A stretch of 63,854 nucleotides of DNA, counting the filler. It is 4 parts of 4 records of this genome, joined end to end, with 100 filler letters (N's around TTAATTAATTAA, not from the genome) between each part and the next. Parts side by side here need not be neighbours in the genome. Positions count along the whole stretch, not along the records: positions 1 to 22,088 come from SRR20825019_2217; 3 more parts are not named here. The stretch is one strand, 5' to 3'. The translations under genes were made by a program, and so were the position numbers. Below the pieces are notes generated by a model that saw only the letters and a list, made by a program, of their open reading frames with translations, was not told the DNA's origin and made no database searches. This document shows positions 10,576 to 20,319 of this stretch, piece after piece (positions within the stretch are counted from its first letter, which is position 1; each line of letters starts with the position of its first letter).

Positions 10576-11328
10576 GTGACAACATTGAATGACGGCGTCC
10601 GCGCCGAGGAAATCCTGATCGCCTCCATCGCCGATATGCTGGACGGGCTGAGTCATATCGCGGTCGGCGCGTCCTCACCTGTCCCCGGAGCGGCGGCCAT
10701 GCTGGCCCGGGCGCGGCATCCGGACAGGACACGGGTTTCGGTGCTTGGCAGCGAGGACAACAACTTCTTCACCGATGGTGGCAAGGAGCTGTTCGATTGC
10801 GCCGGCCAGGGTCGCATCGATGCGTTCTTCCTTGGTGGCGCGCAAATCGACGGGCAGGCGAACATCAATCTCGTCTCGGTCGGCGATCCGGACAAGCCGA
10901 AGGTCCGGTTTCCGGGCTCCTTCGGCTCTTCCTACATGTATTTCACCGTGCCGCGCGTGATCCTGTTCCGGCTGGAGCACACGCCGCGGACCCTGGTGGA
11001 GAAAGTCGATTTCATCAGCGCTCCCGGAACTTCCGAGCCGAATGTCTACCGGCCGGGCGGGCCTTATGCCCTGATCACGGACCGCTGCCTCTTCCATTTT
11101 GACCGGACGAAAGGCCGCTTCAGCCTGGCGAGCGTCCATCCGGGACATACGGTCGAGGAGATCAGGGAGCAGACCGGATTCGAGTATGACGAGCCGGCCG
11201 ATGTTCCGGAAACCCTGCTGCCGGATGCCAAAACCCTTGAGACCATTCGGGGGCCGGTTGCCGCGCAGATCGCTGAAATCTATCCGGGCTTTGCCGCCGA
11301 GGTTTTCGGGATAGAAAAGGCAGCCTGA
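10576..11328 (+). CDS. Family I CoA-transferase subunit B (GctB-like); start reassigned to GTG at 10576
   Basis: FFLGGAQIDGQANIN, RFPGSFGS, VDFISAPG, SVHPGHTVEEIREQTGF. Confidence 0.8.
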   Translation: MTTLNDGVRAEEILIASIADMLDGLSHIAVGASSPVPGAAAMLARARHPDRTRVSVLGSEDNNFFTDGGKELFDCAGQGRIDAFFLGGAQIDGQANINLVSVGDPDKPKVRFPGSFGSSYMYFTVPRVILFRLEHTPRTLVEKVDFISAPGTSEPNVYRPGGPYALITDRCLFHFDRTKGRFSLASVHPGHTVEEIREQTGFEYDEPADVPETLLPDAKTLETIRGPVAAQIAEIYPGFAAEVFGIEKAA

Positions 11329-11411
11329 TAATTGACCCGGGATCACCGGGTTTCCAGAATGACCGGATCGTTTTTGACCGGTTCCAGCCTTGAGAATTGA
11401 GGAGTAACGGA

Positions 11412-12626
11412 ATGAGTGGCACTGCGGCATCCGCCGGCGCCCTCCAGGGGATCAAGATTGTCGATTGCACGCGTGTGCTCGGCGGTCCGTACTGCACCCA
11501 GATGCTTGGGGATCACGGCGCGGAGATCATCAAGATCGAGCCGCCGCAGGGCGACGAGGTGCGGGACTGGGGCCCGCCATTCCATGAAGGCGATGCCTCC
11601 TATTTCATCGGCGTGAACCGGAACAAGAAATCCCTCGGCCTCGACCTTTCGAAGGAAGAGGGCAAGCAGGTGCTGTTGCGTCTGCTTGAAGACGCGGATG
11701 TTCTGGTCGAGAACTACAAGCCCGGCTCGATGGAGAAATGGGGCCTCGGCTATGAGGATGTGCTGAAGGAGAAATTCCCGAAGCTGGTGCATTGCCGGAT
11801 TTCCGGCTTTGGTTCCGACGGTCCTTATGGCGGCTTTCCGGGCTATGACGGCATCATCCAGGCCATGACGGGCTGGTTTTCGGTCAACGGCTCCTCGCCG
11901 TCCGAGCAGACCCGTGTCGGCATTCCTATGGTCGATATGGGAACCGGGCTTTATGCCGCGAACGCGATCATGATGGCGTTGTTCGAGCGGCACAGCTCCG
12001 GCCTTGGCCAATATGTGGACATGACGCTGTACGATTGCGGCCTGTCGCTGATGCATCCGCACGTCGCGAATTACGAGCTGTCGGGCAAGGTGCCGGGGAT
12101 CACCGGCAACCAGCATCCAAATATCAGCCCCTATGACAAGTTCTCGACCCAGACCGGGGATATCTTTGTCGCGGGCGGCAATGATCGGGCCTGGCAGCGC
12201 ATGACGGCGGAGCTCGGCAAGCCGGAGCTCGGCACCGATCCACGGTTCTCCAGCAATGCGGACCGGGTAACGAACCGTGACGCCCTCAGGGCGGAGCTTG
12301 AAGTTCTGTTGCAGGACAAGGACGGTAACGAGATCTGTGACCGCCTGCTGCGGGCCGGTGTGCCTGTCGGGCCGATCCGGAACACAGCGGACGTCATGGA
12401 GCATGAGCACACCAAGCACCGGGACATGGCGGTCGAACTTGACTGGTACAAGTCCTGGGGCATCCCGGTGAAACTTTCCCGCACACCGGGTTCGGTGAAG
12501 TCGGTACCGCCGAAATTCGGCGAGCATGGCCGCGCCATTCTTGCCGAGCATGGCTTCAGCGAAGCGGAAATCCAGGTCCTTGCCGATCAGGACGTGCTGG
12601 TCGAGACGCGCCGTAAAGGGAAGTAA
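11412..12626 (+). CDS. Family III CoA-transferase (CaiB/BaiF)
   Basis: LGGPYCTQMLGDHGAEIIKIE, NRNKKS, ADVLVENYKPG, PGYD catalytic Asp. Confidence 0.93.
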   Translation: MSGTAASAGALQGIKIVDCTRVLGGPYCTQMLGDHGAEIIKIEPPQGDEVRDWGPPFHEGDASYFIGVNRNKKSLGLDLSKEEGKQVLLRLLEDADVLVENYKPGSMEKWGLGYEDVLKEKFPKLVHCRISGFGSDGPYGGFPGYDGIIQAMTGWFSVNGSSPSEQTRVGIPMVDMGTGLYAANAIMMALFERHSSGLGQYVDMTLYDCGLSLMHPHVANYELSGKVPGITGNQHPNISPYDKFSTQTGDIFVAGGNDRAWQRMTAELGKPELGTDPRFSSNADRVTNRDALRAELEVLLQDKDGNEICDRLLRAGVPVGPIRNTADVMEHEHTKHRDMAVELDWYKSWGIPVKLSRTPGSVKSVPPKFGEHGRAILAEHGFSEAEIQVLADQDVLVETRRKGK

Positions 12627-12686
12627 CGGATTGGGTGCGATTGCCTTGCCCGGCGAGGTGTCGCACCCAATCTCTGCATCGGAGCA

Positions 12687-13100
12687 ATGACGGAGAGTCT
12701 GATGGACAAGATCAAGAAAACCGATGCCGAGTGGCGCGCGCAGCTCACCGACGAGCAGTTCCAGGTGACCCGCAAGCATGGGACGGAACGCCCTTTTACG
12801 GGCAAGTATGCCGAAACAACGGATCCGGGGACCTATGCCTGTGTCTGCTGTGGTGAGCCGCTGTTTGAAAGCGAGACGAAGTTTGACGCCGGGTGTGGTT
12901 GGCCGAGCTTCTATCAGCCGATCGAGGGGGCAAATATCGAGAGCACGACGGATCGCAGCCATTTCATGGTCCGGACCGAGGTGCATTGCGCGAAGTGCGA
13001 AGCCCATCTCGGGCATGTGTTTCCGGACGGACCGCAGCCGACAGGTTTGCGGTACTGCATCAATTCGGCGTCGCTCGATCTGAAGCAGAAAGACGAATAA
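12687..13100 (+). CDS. msrB: Peptide-methionine (R)-S-oxide reductase
   Basis: [31 protein letters not shown]. Confidence 0.97.
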   Translation: MTESLMDKIKKTDAEWRAQLTDEQFQVTRKHGTERPFTGKYAETTDPGTYACVCCGEPLFESETKFDAGCGWPSFYQPIEGANIESTTDRSHFMVRTEVHCAKCEAHLGHVFPDGPQPTGLRYCINSASLDLKQKDE

Positions 13101-13105
13101 GAACG

Positions 13106-13148
13106 CCGTGAAACGGATAAAAATATCCGTGAAACAAATAATTATAAT
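13106..13148 (+). promoter_or_regulatory. Direct-repeat operator candidate plus TATAAT upstream of the dehydrogenase
   Basis: CCGTGAAAC at 13106 and 13127; TATAAT at 13143. Confidence 0.45.
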
Positions 13149-13174
13149 AAATAACTGAAGTGACAGGTGAGGAA

Positions 13175-14128
13175 ATGCCGAAGATCGCGATTCTGGATGA
13201 CTATGCGAATGTATCCCTGCGTATGGCCGATTGGGGAAGCTTGCCGGAGGGGTACGAGCCGGTCGTCTTTACCGACAATCTGGTGGAGCATGACGCGCTC
13301 GTCGACCGCTTGAAGGATTTCGAGATCGTCTGCGCCATGCGGGAGCGGACGCCGTTTCCGGCGGAGATTTTTCAACGCCTGCCGAACCTGAAACTGTTCG
13401 TGACCAGCGGCATGCGGAATAACGCGGTCGATTTCCCAGCGGCGCGCGCCTGCGGCATTCCGGTGTGCGGCACTGCGACCAGCGGGAACACGACGAAGGA
13501 ACATACCTGGGCCATGCTGATGGCGCTGGCCCGGCAGGTCGCGCATGACGACCGGATGATGCGGGAAGGCAAGTGGCAGACCCGTATCGGTGTCGACCTG
13601 AAGGGCAGGACTCTGGGTGTCATCGGGCTCGGCAAACTCGGTAGCCAGGTTTCCGAGATCGCCAAGCTTTTCGGCATGGATGTCGTTGCCTGGTCACAGA
13701 ACCTGACCGACGAACGCTGTGCCGAAGTCGGCGTGCGGAAGGCGGCGAGCAAGGAAGCGCTTCTGCGCGAGGCGGATATCGTCACCCTCCATATTGTCTT
13801 GAGCGACCGTTCCCGCGGCACGATCGATGCGGCCGCTCTGGCGGAGATGAAGCCGACGGCGCTGCTGGTGAATACCTCGCGCGGTCCGATCGTGGATGAG
13901 GATGCGCTGATCGACGCGCTGAAGAACAACCGGATCGCAGGCGCTGCTGTGGACGTTTTCGAGCCGGAACCTCTCCCGGCCGATCATCCGATCCGCACGC
14001 TGGATAATATCCTGCTCACGCCGCATATGGGCTACGTGACCGAGGAAACCTACAAGCTGTTCTATGGCGAGATGGTCGAGGACATCAAAGCCTGGCACGC
14101 GGGAGAGCCGATCCGGGTCCTGAACTGA
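13175..14128 (+). CDS. D-2-hydroxyacid dehydrogenase family protein
   Basis: GVIGLGKLG, LVNTSRGPIVDE, DVFEPEPLP, LTPHMGY. Confidence 0.93.
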   Translation: MPKIAILDDYANVSLRMADWGSLPEGYEPVVFTDNLVEHDALVDRLKDFEIVCAMRERTPFPAEIFQRLPNLKLFVTSGMRNNAVDFPAARACGIPVCGTATSGNTTKEHTWAMLMALARQVAHDDRMMREGKWQTRIGVDLKGRTLGVIGLGKLGSQVSEIAKLFGMDVVAWSQNLTDERCAEVGVRKAASKEALLREADIVTLHIVLSDRSRGTIDAAALAEMKPTALLVNTSRGPIVDEDALIDALKNNRIAGAAVDVFEPEPLPADHPIRTLDNILLTPHMGYVTEETYKLFYGEMVEDIKAWHAGEPIRVLN

Positions 14129-14146
14129 GTTCATTAGCGTTCCTGA

Positions 14147-14172
14147 GCGTCTGGGACTTCGGTCTCAGACGC
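14147..14172 (+). terminator. Stable hairpin with cUUCGg tetraloop after the dehydrogenase gene
   Basis: GCGTCTGGGAC-TTCG-GTCTCAGACGC; no U-tract. Confidence 0.45.
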
Positions 14173-14375
14173 AACGATTGGCGTCAGGTGCTTCCGGTGT
14201 GGGGCTAATCGGTGTAACAGTCCCCGCAAGATGAACTGTTACCGGGAGTAAATATGGTCGGTGCCATGTTGATCCCGATTCAAGGAAATAAGCGGGTTGG
14301 CCTGCCGGATCAATGATCGCCGGGGCGTCACGCTTGAAGTTGTGACCAGCGTGTCCGGGATCAGGGAATAAATTC

Positions 14376-16070
14376 GTGTCAGAGACTCTTACCCCCGTTT
14401 CGATCTATGTGGGCAGTTCCACAGGGGTCAGCGTCGGAGCTAACCCGTTCGGTAAGGACATCGCGAATGTTGGCCTGTTCAAGGCGATCGCAAAATACTC
14501 AGCGCATCCGGGGCAACTGAATTTTCTCAATCTGGGAACACTCGATCAGGCTACGCTCTCATCCCAGATATTTCCGGGTGAAACACCTTGCCGTAATCTC
14601 GGCTCTGTTTCGATCTTCAATCAGGATCTGATTGCGGAATCCGGGTGCCTCTTGCGCGGCAGTGCAGATATAGCGGATTTGGCCTGGAAGCGTCGTGGCA
14701 AGGGGGATCGCAGCTACAGCATCGCGGGGCTGGTACACACGCTCGCGCCGCCGGCCATTCGACAATATATATCCCACTGTCTGACATCTCCCATACAGCC
14801 TTGGGACGCGCTGATATGTACCTCGCTCTCGGTAAAACAAGGGCTGGAGCAGATGTTTGGCGAGCTCGGCCAGTTCATTGCTGATCGCGCAGGGGCGACT
14901 GCACCGGTTCTGCCAATGCCACATCTTCCGGTTATCCCGCTAGGCGTCGACGTGCCAGCCATCGAGGGCCGGATTAAATCTGCCGGTGGTCGTGATGGCG
15001 CACGGGCAGGGCTGGGGATTGCCGAAGACGAAATCCTGGTGCTCTGGCTCGGGCGTCTGTCTTTCTATGAGAAGGCCCGGCCGACGCCGATGTTTCAGGC
15101 CGTCGAATCCGCAGCCAAGAAATCAGGCAAGCGCATCCGCTTCGTTATGGCTGGCTGGTTCCCGAACGCGGGTGTGGATCGCCCACTATACGAGGAAGCG
15201 GCCAGGGTTCATGCACCGTCAGTGCGTGTAGAGTTCGCGGACGGGAACAACAGTGATGTGGTTTCTCGCTATTGGGCCGGATCGGATATCTTTCTGTCCC
15301 TGGTCGATAATATCCAGGAGACCTTCGGTATCACACCGGTCGAGGCCATGGCCGCGGGCATTCCGATCGTGCTCAGCGATTGGGATGGTTACCGCTCGAC
15401 GGTCAGGGACGGCGTTGACGGCATTCATATTCCGACAATGCTGCCACCTGCTGGTGACGGCAACCTTATGGCTGAACGCAATGTCCTGGGGCTGGATAAT
15501 TACCTCCAGTATGTCTCGAATGTCGGTCAGCACACGGCAGTGAATGTGGATGCGGCGGCGGCGGCCATTAGCGCTCTTGCGTCCGATCCGGAGCTACGGG
15601 CGCGGATGGGGCATGCTGGACAAGTGCGCGCGCGTGAGCGTTTTGACTGGCCGGTTATCGTCTCTGAACTGGATTTTTTGTGGGACGATCTGGCTGAAAA
15701 GCGAAAAGTGGCCGGGGCTTTTGGGGCTGGCACGGGCACGAAGACTCTACGGGATCCCGTGAAGGGCGATCCTTTTCATGCCTTTAGTCATTTTCCAACA
15801 TGGTCACTGAGCGGAGATGTTTTGCTTTCCGCCGGTTATTCCGCTTCATCGAGGCTTGAGAAGGCCGAAAGTGTCAATCTCGATAAGCGTCTGCCGCACT
15901 GGCGGGCTCCGGTCGCACATCAGGTGCTATCATTTGTGCTGGAAAATGAAGCCGTACGATTTAGCGAAATAGAAGAGCACTTTCAGGAGCATCGTGGGGT
16001 ACGGCTGAACCTTTTGGTCACCTGGATGTGCAAGTACGGGGTGCTGAATTTCTCGAGTCCCGCCTCTTAA
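14376..16070 (+). CDS. Glycosyltransferase family 4 protein
   Basis: ETFGITPVEAMAAGIPIV (E-x7-E), VIPLGVD, RARMGHAGQVRARERFDW. Confidence 0.88.
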   Translation: MSETLTPVSIYVGSSTGVSVGANPFGKDIANVGLFKAIAKYSAHPGQLNFLNLGTLDQATLSSQIFPGETPCRNLGSVSIFNQDLIAESGCLLRGSADIADLAWKRRGKGDRSYSIAGLVHTLAPPAIRQYISHCLTSPIQPWDALICTSLSVKQGLEQMFGELGQFIADRAGATAPVLPMPHLPVIPLGVDVPAIEGRIKSAGGRDGARAGLGIAEDEILVLWLGRLSFYEKARPTPMFQAVESAAKKSGKRIRFVMAGWFPNAGVDRPLYEEAARVHAPSVRVEFADGNNSDVVSRYWAGSDIFLSLVDNIQETFGITPVEAMAAGIPIVLSDWDGYRSTVRDGVDGIHIPTMLPPAGDGNLMAERNVLGLDNYLQYVSNVGQHTAVNVDAAAAAISALASDPELRARMGHAGQVRARERFDWPVIVSELDFLWDDLAEKRKVAGAFGAGTGTKTLRDPVKGDPFHAFSHFPTWSLSGDVLLSAGYSASSRLEKAESVNLDKRLPHWRAPVAHQVLSFVLENEAVRFSEIEEHFQEHRGVRLNLLVTWMCKYGVLNFSSPAS

Positions 16071-16414
16071 AGAATCTTCAGCACATCTTCCGGCGGGCGC
16101 CCAATGGCGGCCTTGCCGTTGGCGATGACAATCGGGCGCTCGATCAGAACCGGATTGTCATGCATCGCCTGGACGAGCGTTGCACGATCCTTTGAGCTGT
16201 TATCAAGGCCGAGTTCCTTGAAGGGAGCTTCCTTGCGCCGCATCAGATCCACCGGTTCCATGCCGAGCAGACCGAGCACTTCCTCTATCTCCGAGGGGCT
16301 CGGCGGGGATTTCAGATATTCCCGGATCTCCGGCTCGACGCCCTTGCTCCGCAGCAGCTCCAGCGTCTGCCGTGATTTGGAGCAGCGCGGATTGTGATAG
16401 ATGACGGTGCTCAT
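16067..16414 (-). CDS. arsC: Arsenate reductase, glutaredoxin type
   Basis: IYHNPRCSKSR, LIERPIV, IGRPPE; start reassigned to 16414. Confidence 0.9.
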   Translation of the reverse strand: MSTVIYHNPRCSKSRQTLELLRSKGVEPEIREYLKSPPSPSEIEEVLGLLGMEPVDLMRRKEAPFKELGLDNSSKDRATLVQAMHDNPVLIERPIVIANGKAAIGRPPEDVLKIL

Positions 16415-16428
16415 CGGGTTGCTCCGCT

Positions 16429-17220
16429 CTATTTGCCCTGGAAGTTCGGCGCGCGTTTTTCGAGGAAGCTGGCGATGCCTTCCTGATAATCGTCCGTATA
16501 ACCGCACTGACGTTGAAACTCGGCTTCAAGGTCGAGCTGTTCCGCCAGTCCGTTATCGAGCGAGGCGCGCATGATCTTCTTGATTCCGGCGAGTGCCAGC
16601 GGAGCTTTTGCGGCCATGGTCTTTGCCAGCGCCTCGGCTTCATCGAGCAGCGTCTCGTCTTCGATCGATGACCAGATCAGGCCCCAGTCGGCGGCCTGTT
16701 TGCCGGTTACCGGGGCGCCGATCAGCGTCATGCCGAGGGCACGTGCGAGGCCGACACGGCGGGGCAGCACGTAGGTGCCGCCGGCATCGGGCACGAGGCC
16801 GATATTGACGAAGGCCTGCACGAACTTGGTGTTGTGGCCGGCCAGTACGATATCGGCGGCGAGCGCCAGACTGGCACCGGCGCCGGCGGCGACGCCGTTC
16901 ACGGCGGAGATAATCGGGATCGGCAGGGCGGCCATACGTTTGATCAGTGGATTGTAGTTCTGCTGGATCGATTGGCTGAGATCGCGCCGCTCGTCCGTAC
17001 TTGAGGCTTTGCGGTCGGCGAGATCCTGCCCCGAGCAGAAACCGCGCCCGGCGCCGGTGATGATCACGCAGCGGGCGGAGCCGGGCTTTTCCAGCTGTGT
17101 GAAGACGTCTCGCAACTCTTCATGCATCACGGCCGTGACCGCATTGATCCGCTCCGGCCGGTTCAGGGTGATGCGGGCTATATTGTCTTCGATTGAGAAG
17201 AGCAAGGTTTCGTATGTCAT
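16429..17220 (-). CDS. Enoyl-CoA hydratase/isomerase, PaaG-like
   Basis: TGAGRGFCSGQDL, VNGVAAGAGASLALAAD, GLVPDAGGT. Confidence 0.88.
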   Translation of the reverse strand: MTYETLLFSIEDNIARITLNRPERINAVTAVMHEELRDVFTQLEKPGSARCVIITGAGRGFCSGQDLADRKASSTDERRDLSQSIQQNYNPLIKRMAALPIPIISAVNGVAAGAGASLALAADIVLAGHNTKFVQAFVNIGLVPDAGGTYVLPRRVGLARALGMTLIGAPVTGKQAADWGLIWSSIEDETLLDEAEALAKTMAAKAPLALAGIKKIMRASLDNGLAEQLDLEAEFQRQCGYTDDYQEGIASFLEKRAPNFQGK

Positions 17221-17224
17221 TGGA

Positions 17225-17860
17225 TTAACCTGATTTCGTCAAAATAAGGCGAGTGAAGGAAACGCGGTCGCGTTCCAGTTCATCCCGGTTTTCCTTGCGA
17301 TAAATGGGGGTAAGGCCGCGCGCTTCGGCGAGAGTCAGGAAGGGCTCTGTGTCGGACTCATACATCGGGCGGTCCGCGGGCGCCGGACCGTGCCGCAGCA
17401 GCACCGAGAAACGGCCGCCGGGAGCGAGAAGCGCGGCCAAGGATGCCATGCCCTGGTCCCGCAAGTCCGGCGGCAGATGCATCCAGACCGAGTTCATCAG
17501 CATGAAGTCGAATTTGCGGCCGAGCGCATGCACCTTGGCAAGGTCAGGTAAGCGGTCGTCAAGCCAGGTCGCCGGGGAGTTAGGATAGAGTGTCCTGGCT
17601 TCCGCGCGCATGCCTGCGGCGGGTTCGACTGCAACCACAGTCAGTCCCCGTTCCTCAAGCCCATGTACATGGGCCCCGTATCCGGCGCCAATATCCAGCG
17701 CATGCCCCCCATTTTTTGGAAGGTAGGGGGTATGAAAATCGATGAATTTGTCGCTGTGGGTCGCGGAATCCGCACCTGCGGACCATTCCGTCCGCAGGCG
17801 TCGGGCATCACGGTCATAAACCGCGATCAGGGCGTCATTGTCGGGAGCGGTTACACTCAC
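17225..17860 (-). CDS. Class I SAM-dependent methyltransferase
   Basis: ALDIGAGYG, VAVEP, SVWMHL; GTGA overlap with the upstream stop. Confidence 0.85.
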   Translation of the reverse strand: MSVTAPDNDALIAVYDRDARRLRTEWSAGADSATHSDKFIDFHTPYLPKNGGHALDIGAGYGAHVHGLEERGLTVVAVEPAAGMRAEARTLYPNSPATWLDDRLPDLAKVHALGRKFDFMLMNSVWMHLPPDLRDQGMASLAALLAPGGRFSVLLRHGPAPADRPMYESDTEPFLTLAEARGLTPIYRKENRDELERDRVSFTRLILTKSG

Positions 17861-18582
17861 GCTTCGGCGTCCCGCTTCTTCTGCCATTCCACATAGCGGG
17901 CCTTGGTCGCCTCGTCCGGCGGATAGGTGCCGCGCAGAGGCTTGCCGCTTGCGACTTCTTCCGCGATGAAGACTTCCATCTTCTCCTGCTCGAAGGATTG
18001 CTCTGCAATTTCCTCGGCAAGATGGGCCGGCAGAACCACAAGACCTTCCGCGTCGCCGACCAGCACATCGTCCGGATAGACCGCGACACCGCCGCAGGCG
18101 ATGGGGGTGTTCAGCTCGGCAACCGCATGGTGCTTGATCAGGCTGGTCGGGGCGGAGGGGCCACCGACATAGCAGGGAATGTCATATTCCGCGATCTCGT
18201 AGGAATCGCGAATACCGCCGTCGGAAACGAACCCGCCAACGCCGCGCACCTGCAAGCGTGTCAGCAGGATATTGCCGGCCGAGGCAGCGCTGGCATCCTG
18301 GCGGCAGTCGATTACCAGGATCTTGCCTGCGGGAACGGTCTCGATCGCCTTGCGTTGGGGGTGATCGTAATCGTCATAGGCGCTGATACCGTCGATATCC
18401 TCACGCGCCGGGATGTTCCGCAGGGTGAAGGCCTCGCCGACCATGTTGCGGTCATGGGTTGTCAGGCGGCTGACTCCCTGGAGACACTGGTTGCGCAACC
18501 CGCGCTTCAGAAGCTGCGTGGTCAGTGTCGCGGTGCTGACATGCGCCAGCTTTTCCCGTGCGGTATCGCTCAGTCCGGTCAT
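17857..18582 (-). CDS. RraA / HMG aldolase family protein
   Basis: VSTATLT, GFVSDGGIRD, GGVAVYPDDVLVGDAEG. Confidence 0.85.
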   Translation of the reverse strand: MTGLSDTAREKLAHVSTATLTTQLLKRGLRNQCLQGVSRLTTHDRNMVGEAFTLRNIPAREDIDGISAYDDYDHPQRKAIETVPAGKILVIDCRQDASAASAGNILLTRLQVRGVGGFVSDGGIRDSYEIAEYDIPCYVGGPSAPTSLIKHHAVAELNTPIACGGVAVYPDDVLVGDAEGLVVLPAHLAEEIAEQSFEQEKMEVFIAEEVASGKPLRGTYPPDEATKARYVEWQKKRDAEA

Positions 18583-18736
18583 TGAAGGCCCTCCCGGTGC
18601 CGGTTTTTCATTGGAATGCATCAGAGCACGGGGACTTCGCGATCCTCAAGTGCGGTCATCACCCATCCCGGCTATTCTGTCATTCCGGAACCGCACCTGA
18701 CGCAATCAGGGAGCGTAACCAAGGGGGAGGAAAGTC

Positions 18737-19750
18737 ATGGAATACCGCAATCTCGGCCGCTCCGGCCTAAAGGTCTCTAAACTGTGTCTCGGTGCCATGA
18801 TGTTCGGCGGGCCGACGAGCGAGGCCGATTCTCACGAAATTATCGCCGAGGCGCGGGATTTCGGGGTCAATTTCATCGACACCGCCGACGCCTATCACAA
18901 CGGTAATTCGGAACGGGTGGTCGGTCGTGGCATTGCCGCCGAACGGGATTACTGGGTGTTGGCGACCAAGCTCGGCAACCCGATGGGCGAAGGCGATCCG
19001 AACGCGCGCGGTCTCTCCCGGAAATGGGTTTTGCAGGCCTGCGAGGAATCGCTGGAGCGACTCGATACCGAATATATCGATATCTACTACCTGCATAAGG
19101 AAGACCACACGACGCCGCTGGAAGAAACCGTGAACGCCATGGCGGATCTGGTCCATGCCGGCATGATCCGGTATTTCGGCGTCTCCAACCACCGTTCCTG
19201 GCGGGTGGCCGAGATCTGCCATCTCTGCGATGCGGCGGGCATCGATCGCCCGGTCGTCAGCCAGCCCTATTACAACGCCATGAACCGGATGCCGGAGACC
19301 GAACATCTGGCGGCTTGCGATTATTACGGCCTTGGCGTCGTGCCCTACAGCCCGCTCGCCCGCGGCGTGCTCTCCGGCAAGTACAAGCCGGGCGCCGAAC
19401 CGGCAGAAGGCAGCCGCGCCGCCCGCGCCGACACCCGCATGATGCAGACCGAATGGCGCGAGGAAAGCCTGGTGATCGCCGAGAAGATCAAGAAGCATGC
19501 CGAAGCCAAGGGCGCGACCATCATCGACCTCGCCGTCGGCTGGGTGCTGAATAACGGCCTCATCACCGGCACCATTGCCGGGCCGCGCACCATGGAGCAG
19601 TGGAAAGCCTATGCGAAGGCGCTGGAATATGACTTCACGGAAGAAGACGAAGCGCTGATCAACAGCCTGGTGCCGGAAGGTCATCCCTCGACGCCGGGCT
19701 ATAACGATCCGGCCTATCCGTTGGAGGGACGCGTCGCGCTGACGGGGTAG
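18737..19750 (+). CDS. Aldo/keto reductase
   Basis: LGRSGLKVSKLCLG, NFIDTADAY, IDIYYLH, YSPLARG. Confidence 0.95.
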   Translation: MEYRNLGRSGLKVSKLCLGAMMFGGPTSEADSHEIIAEARDFGVNFIDTADAYHNGNSERVVGRGIAAERDYWVLATKLGNPMGEGDPNARGLSRKWVLQACEESLERLDTEYIDIYYLHKEDHTTPLEETVNAMADLVHAGMIRYFGVSNHRSWRVAEICHLCDAAGIDRPVVSQPYYNAMNRMPETEHLAACDYYGLGVVPYSPLARGVLSGKYKPGAEPAEGSRAARADTRMMQTEWREESLVIAEKIKKHAEAKGATIIDLAVGWVLNNGLITGTIAGPRTMEQWKAYAKALEYDFTEEDEALINSLVPEGHPSTPGYNDPAYPLEGRVALTG

Positions 19751-19762
19751 GGGGAGCCGGCC

Positions 19763-20218
19763 TTACTTCGCGACGCCTTGCTCGAAGAAATCGCCGAGGC
19801 TGTGATTAGGTTCAAACGCTTCCTGAATCTGATCGCGGCTGGCGTTCTTGTAGTTCTTCATGATGAATTTGTAGGCCTGATCGAGTTTGTGGGCCTGATT
19901 GAGGATGATCATCTTCGGCAGTTTTCCGCATCGCGCGATATCGGCACGGATCCTGTCCGCGCGGACGCGGGCGTAGGAGCCACTGCTGAAGCCGATCAGG
20001 GTGCCAACATAGGGGCGCTTCAGGATGGCCGAGCTTTCGCCGAGGAGGGAGCCGCGCTTGAAGGTTGTGACCTTGCCGTCCAGCTCAATATACAGGCCCG
20101 GGCTGTGTTCCATCGCGATCTCGCCGCTGAGAACATACATGACGTAGTCTGATGGTTCTCCATGCTCGCAGATGATGTCGCCGGACTCGAATGTGATGCG
20201 GTCTGATTCGGGAACCAT
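19763..20218 (-). CDS. Stand-alone cyclic nucleotide-binding domain protein
   Basis: FESGDIICEHGE, YVLSGEI, GSLLGESS; no HTH. Confidence 0.75.
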   Translation of the reverse strand: MVPESDRITFESGDIICEHGEPSDYVMYVLSGEIAMEHSPGLYIELDGKVTTFKRGSLLGESSAILKRPYVGTLIGFSSGSYARVRADRIRADIARCGKLPKMIILNQAHKLDQAYKFIMKNYKNASRDQIQEAFEPNHSLGDFFEQGVAK

Positions 20219-20267
20219 AGATGTATCTTTTGTGATTAAGGAATTAGTTAATGGGCATAAATTTGAA

Positions 20268-20282
20268 TTAAATAATCTTTAA
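20268..20282. promoter_or_regulatory. Putative CtrA box upstream of the cNMP-binding gene
   Basis: TTAA ataatct TTAA in an AT-rich spacer. Confidence 0.45.
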
Positions 20283-20319
20283 TGGCAACCTTCATGATGT
20301 GGGTTTTTGGCTATTTTCC

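Noticed and set aside
11333-11388. Repeated ACCGG motifs between the CoA-transferase genes
   Set aside because: Short, irregularly spaced and plausible by chance in GC-rich DNA
11343-13016. 557-aa minus-strand ORF spanning the CaiB-like gene and msrB
   Set aside because: Antisense shadow of two well-supported genes
16067-16414. Arsenic-resistance operon
   Set aside because: arsC is solitary, with no arsR, arsB or acr3 nearby
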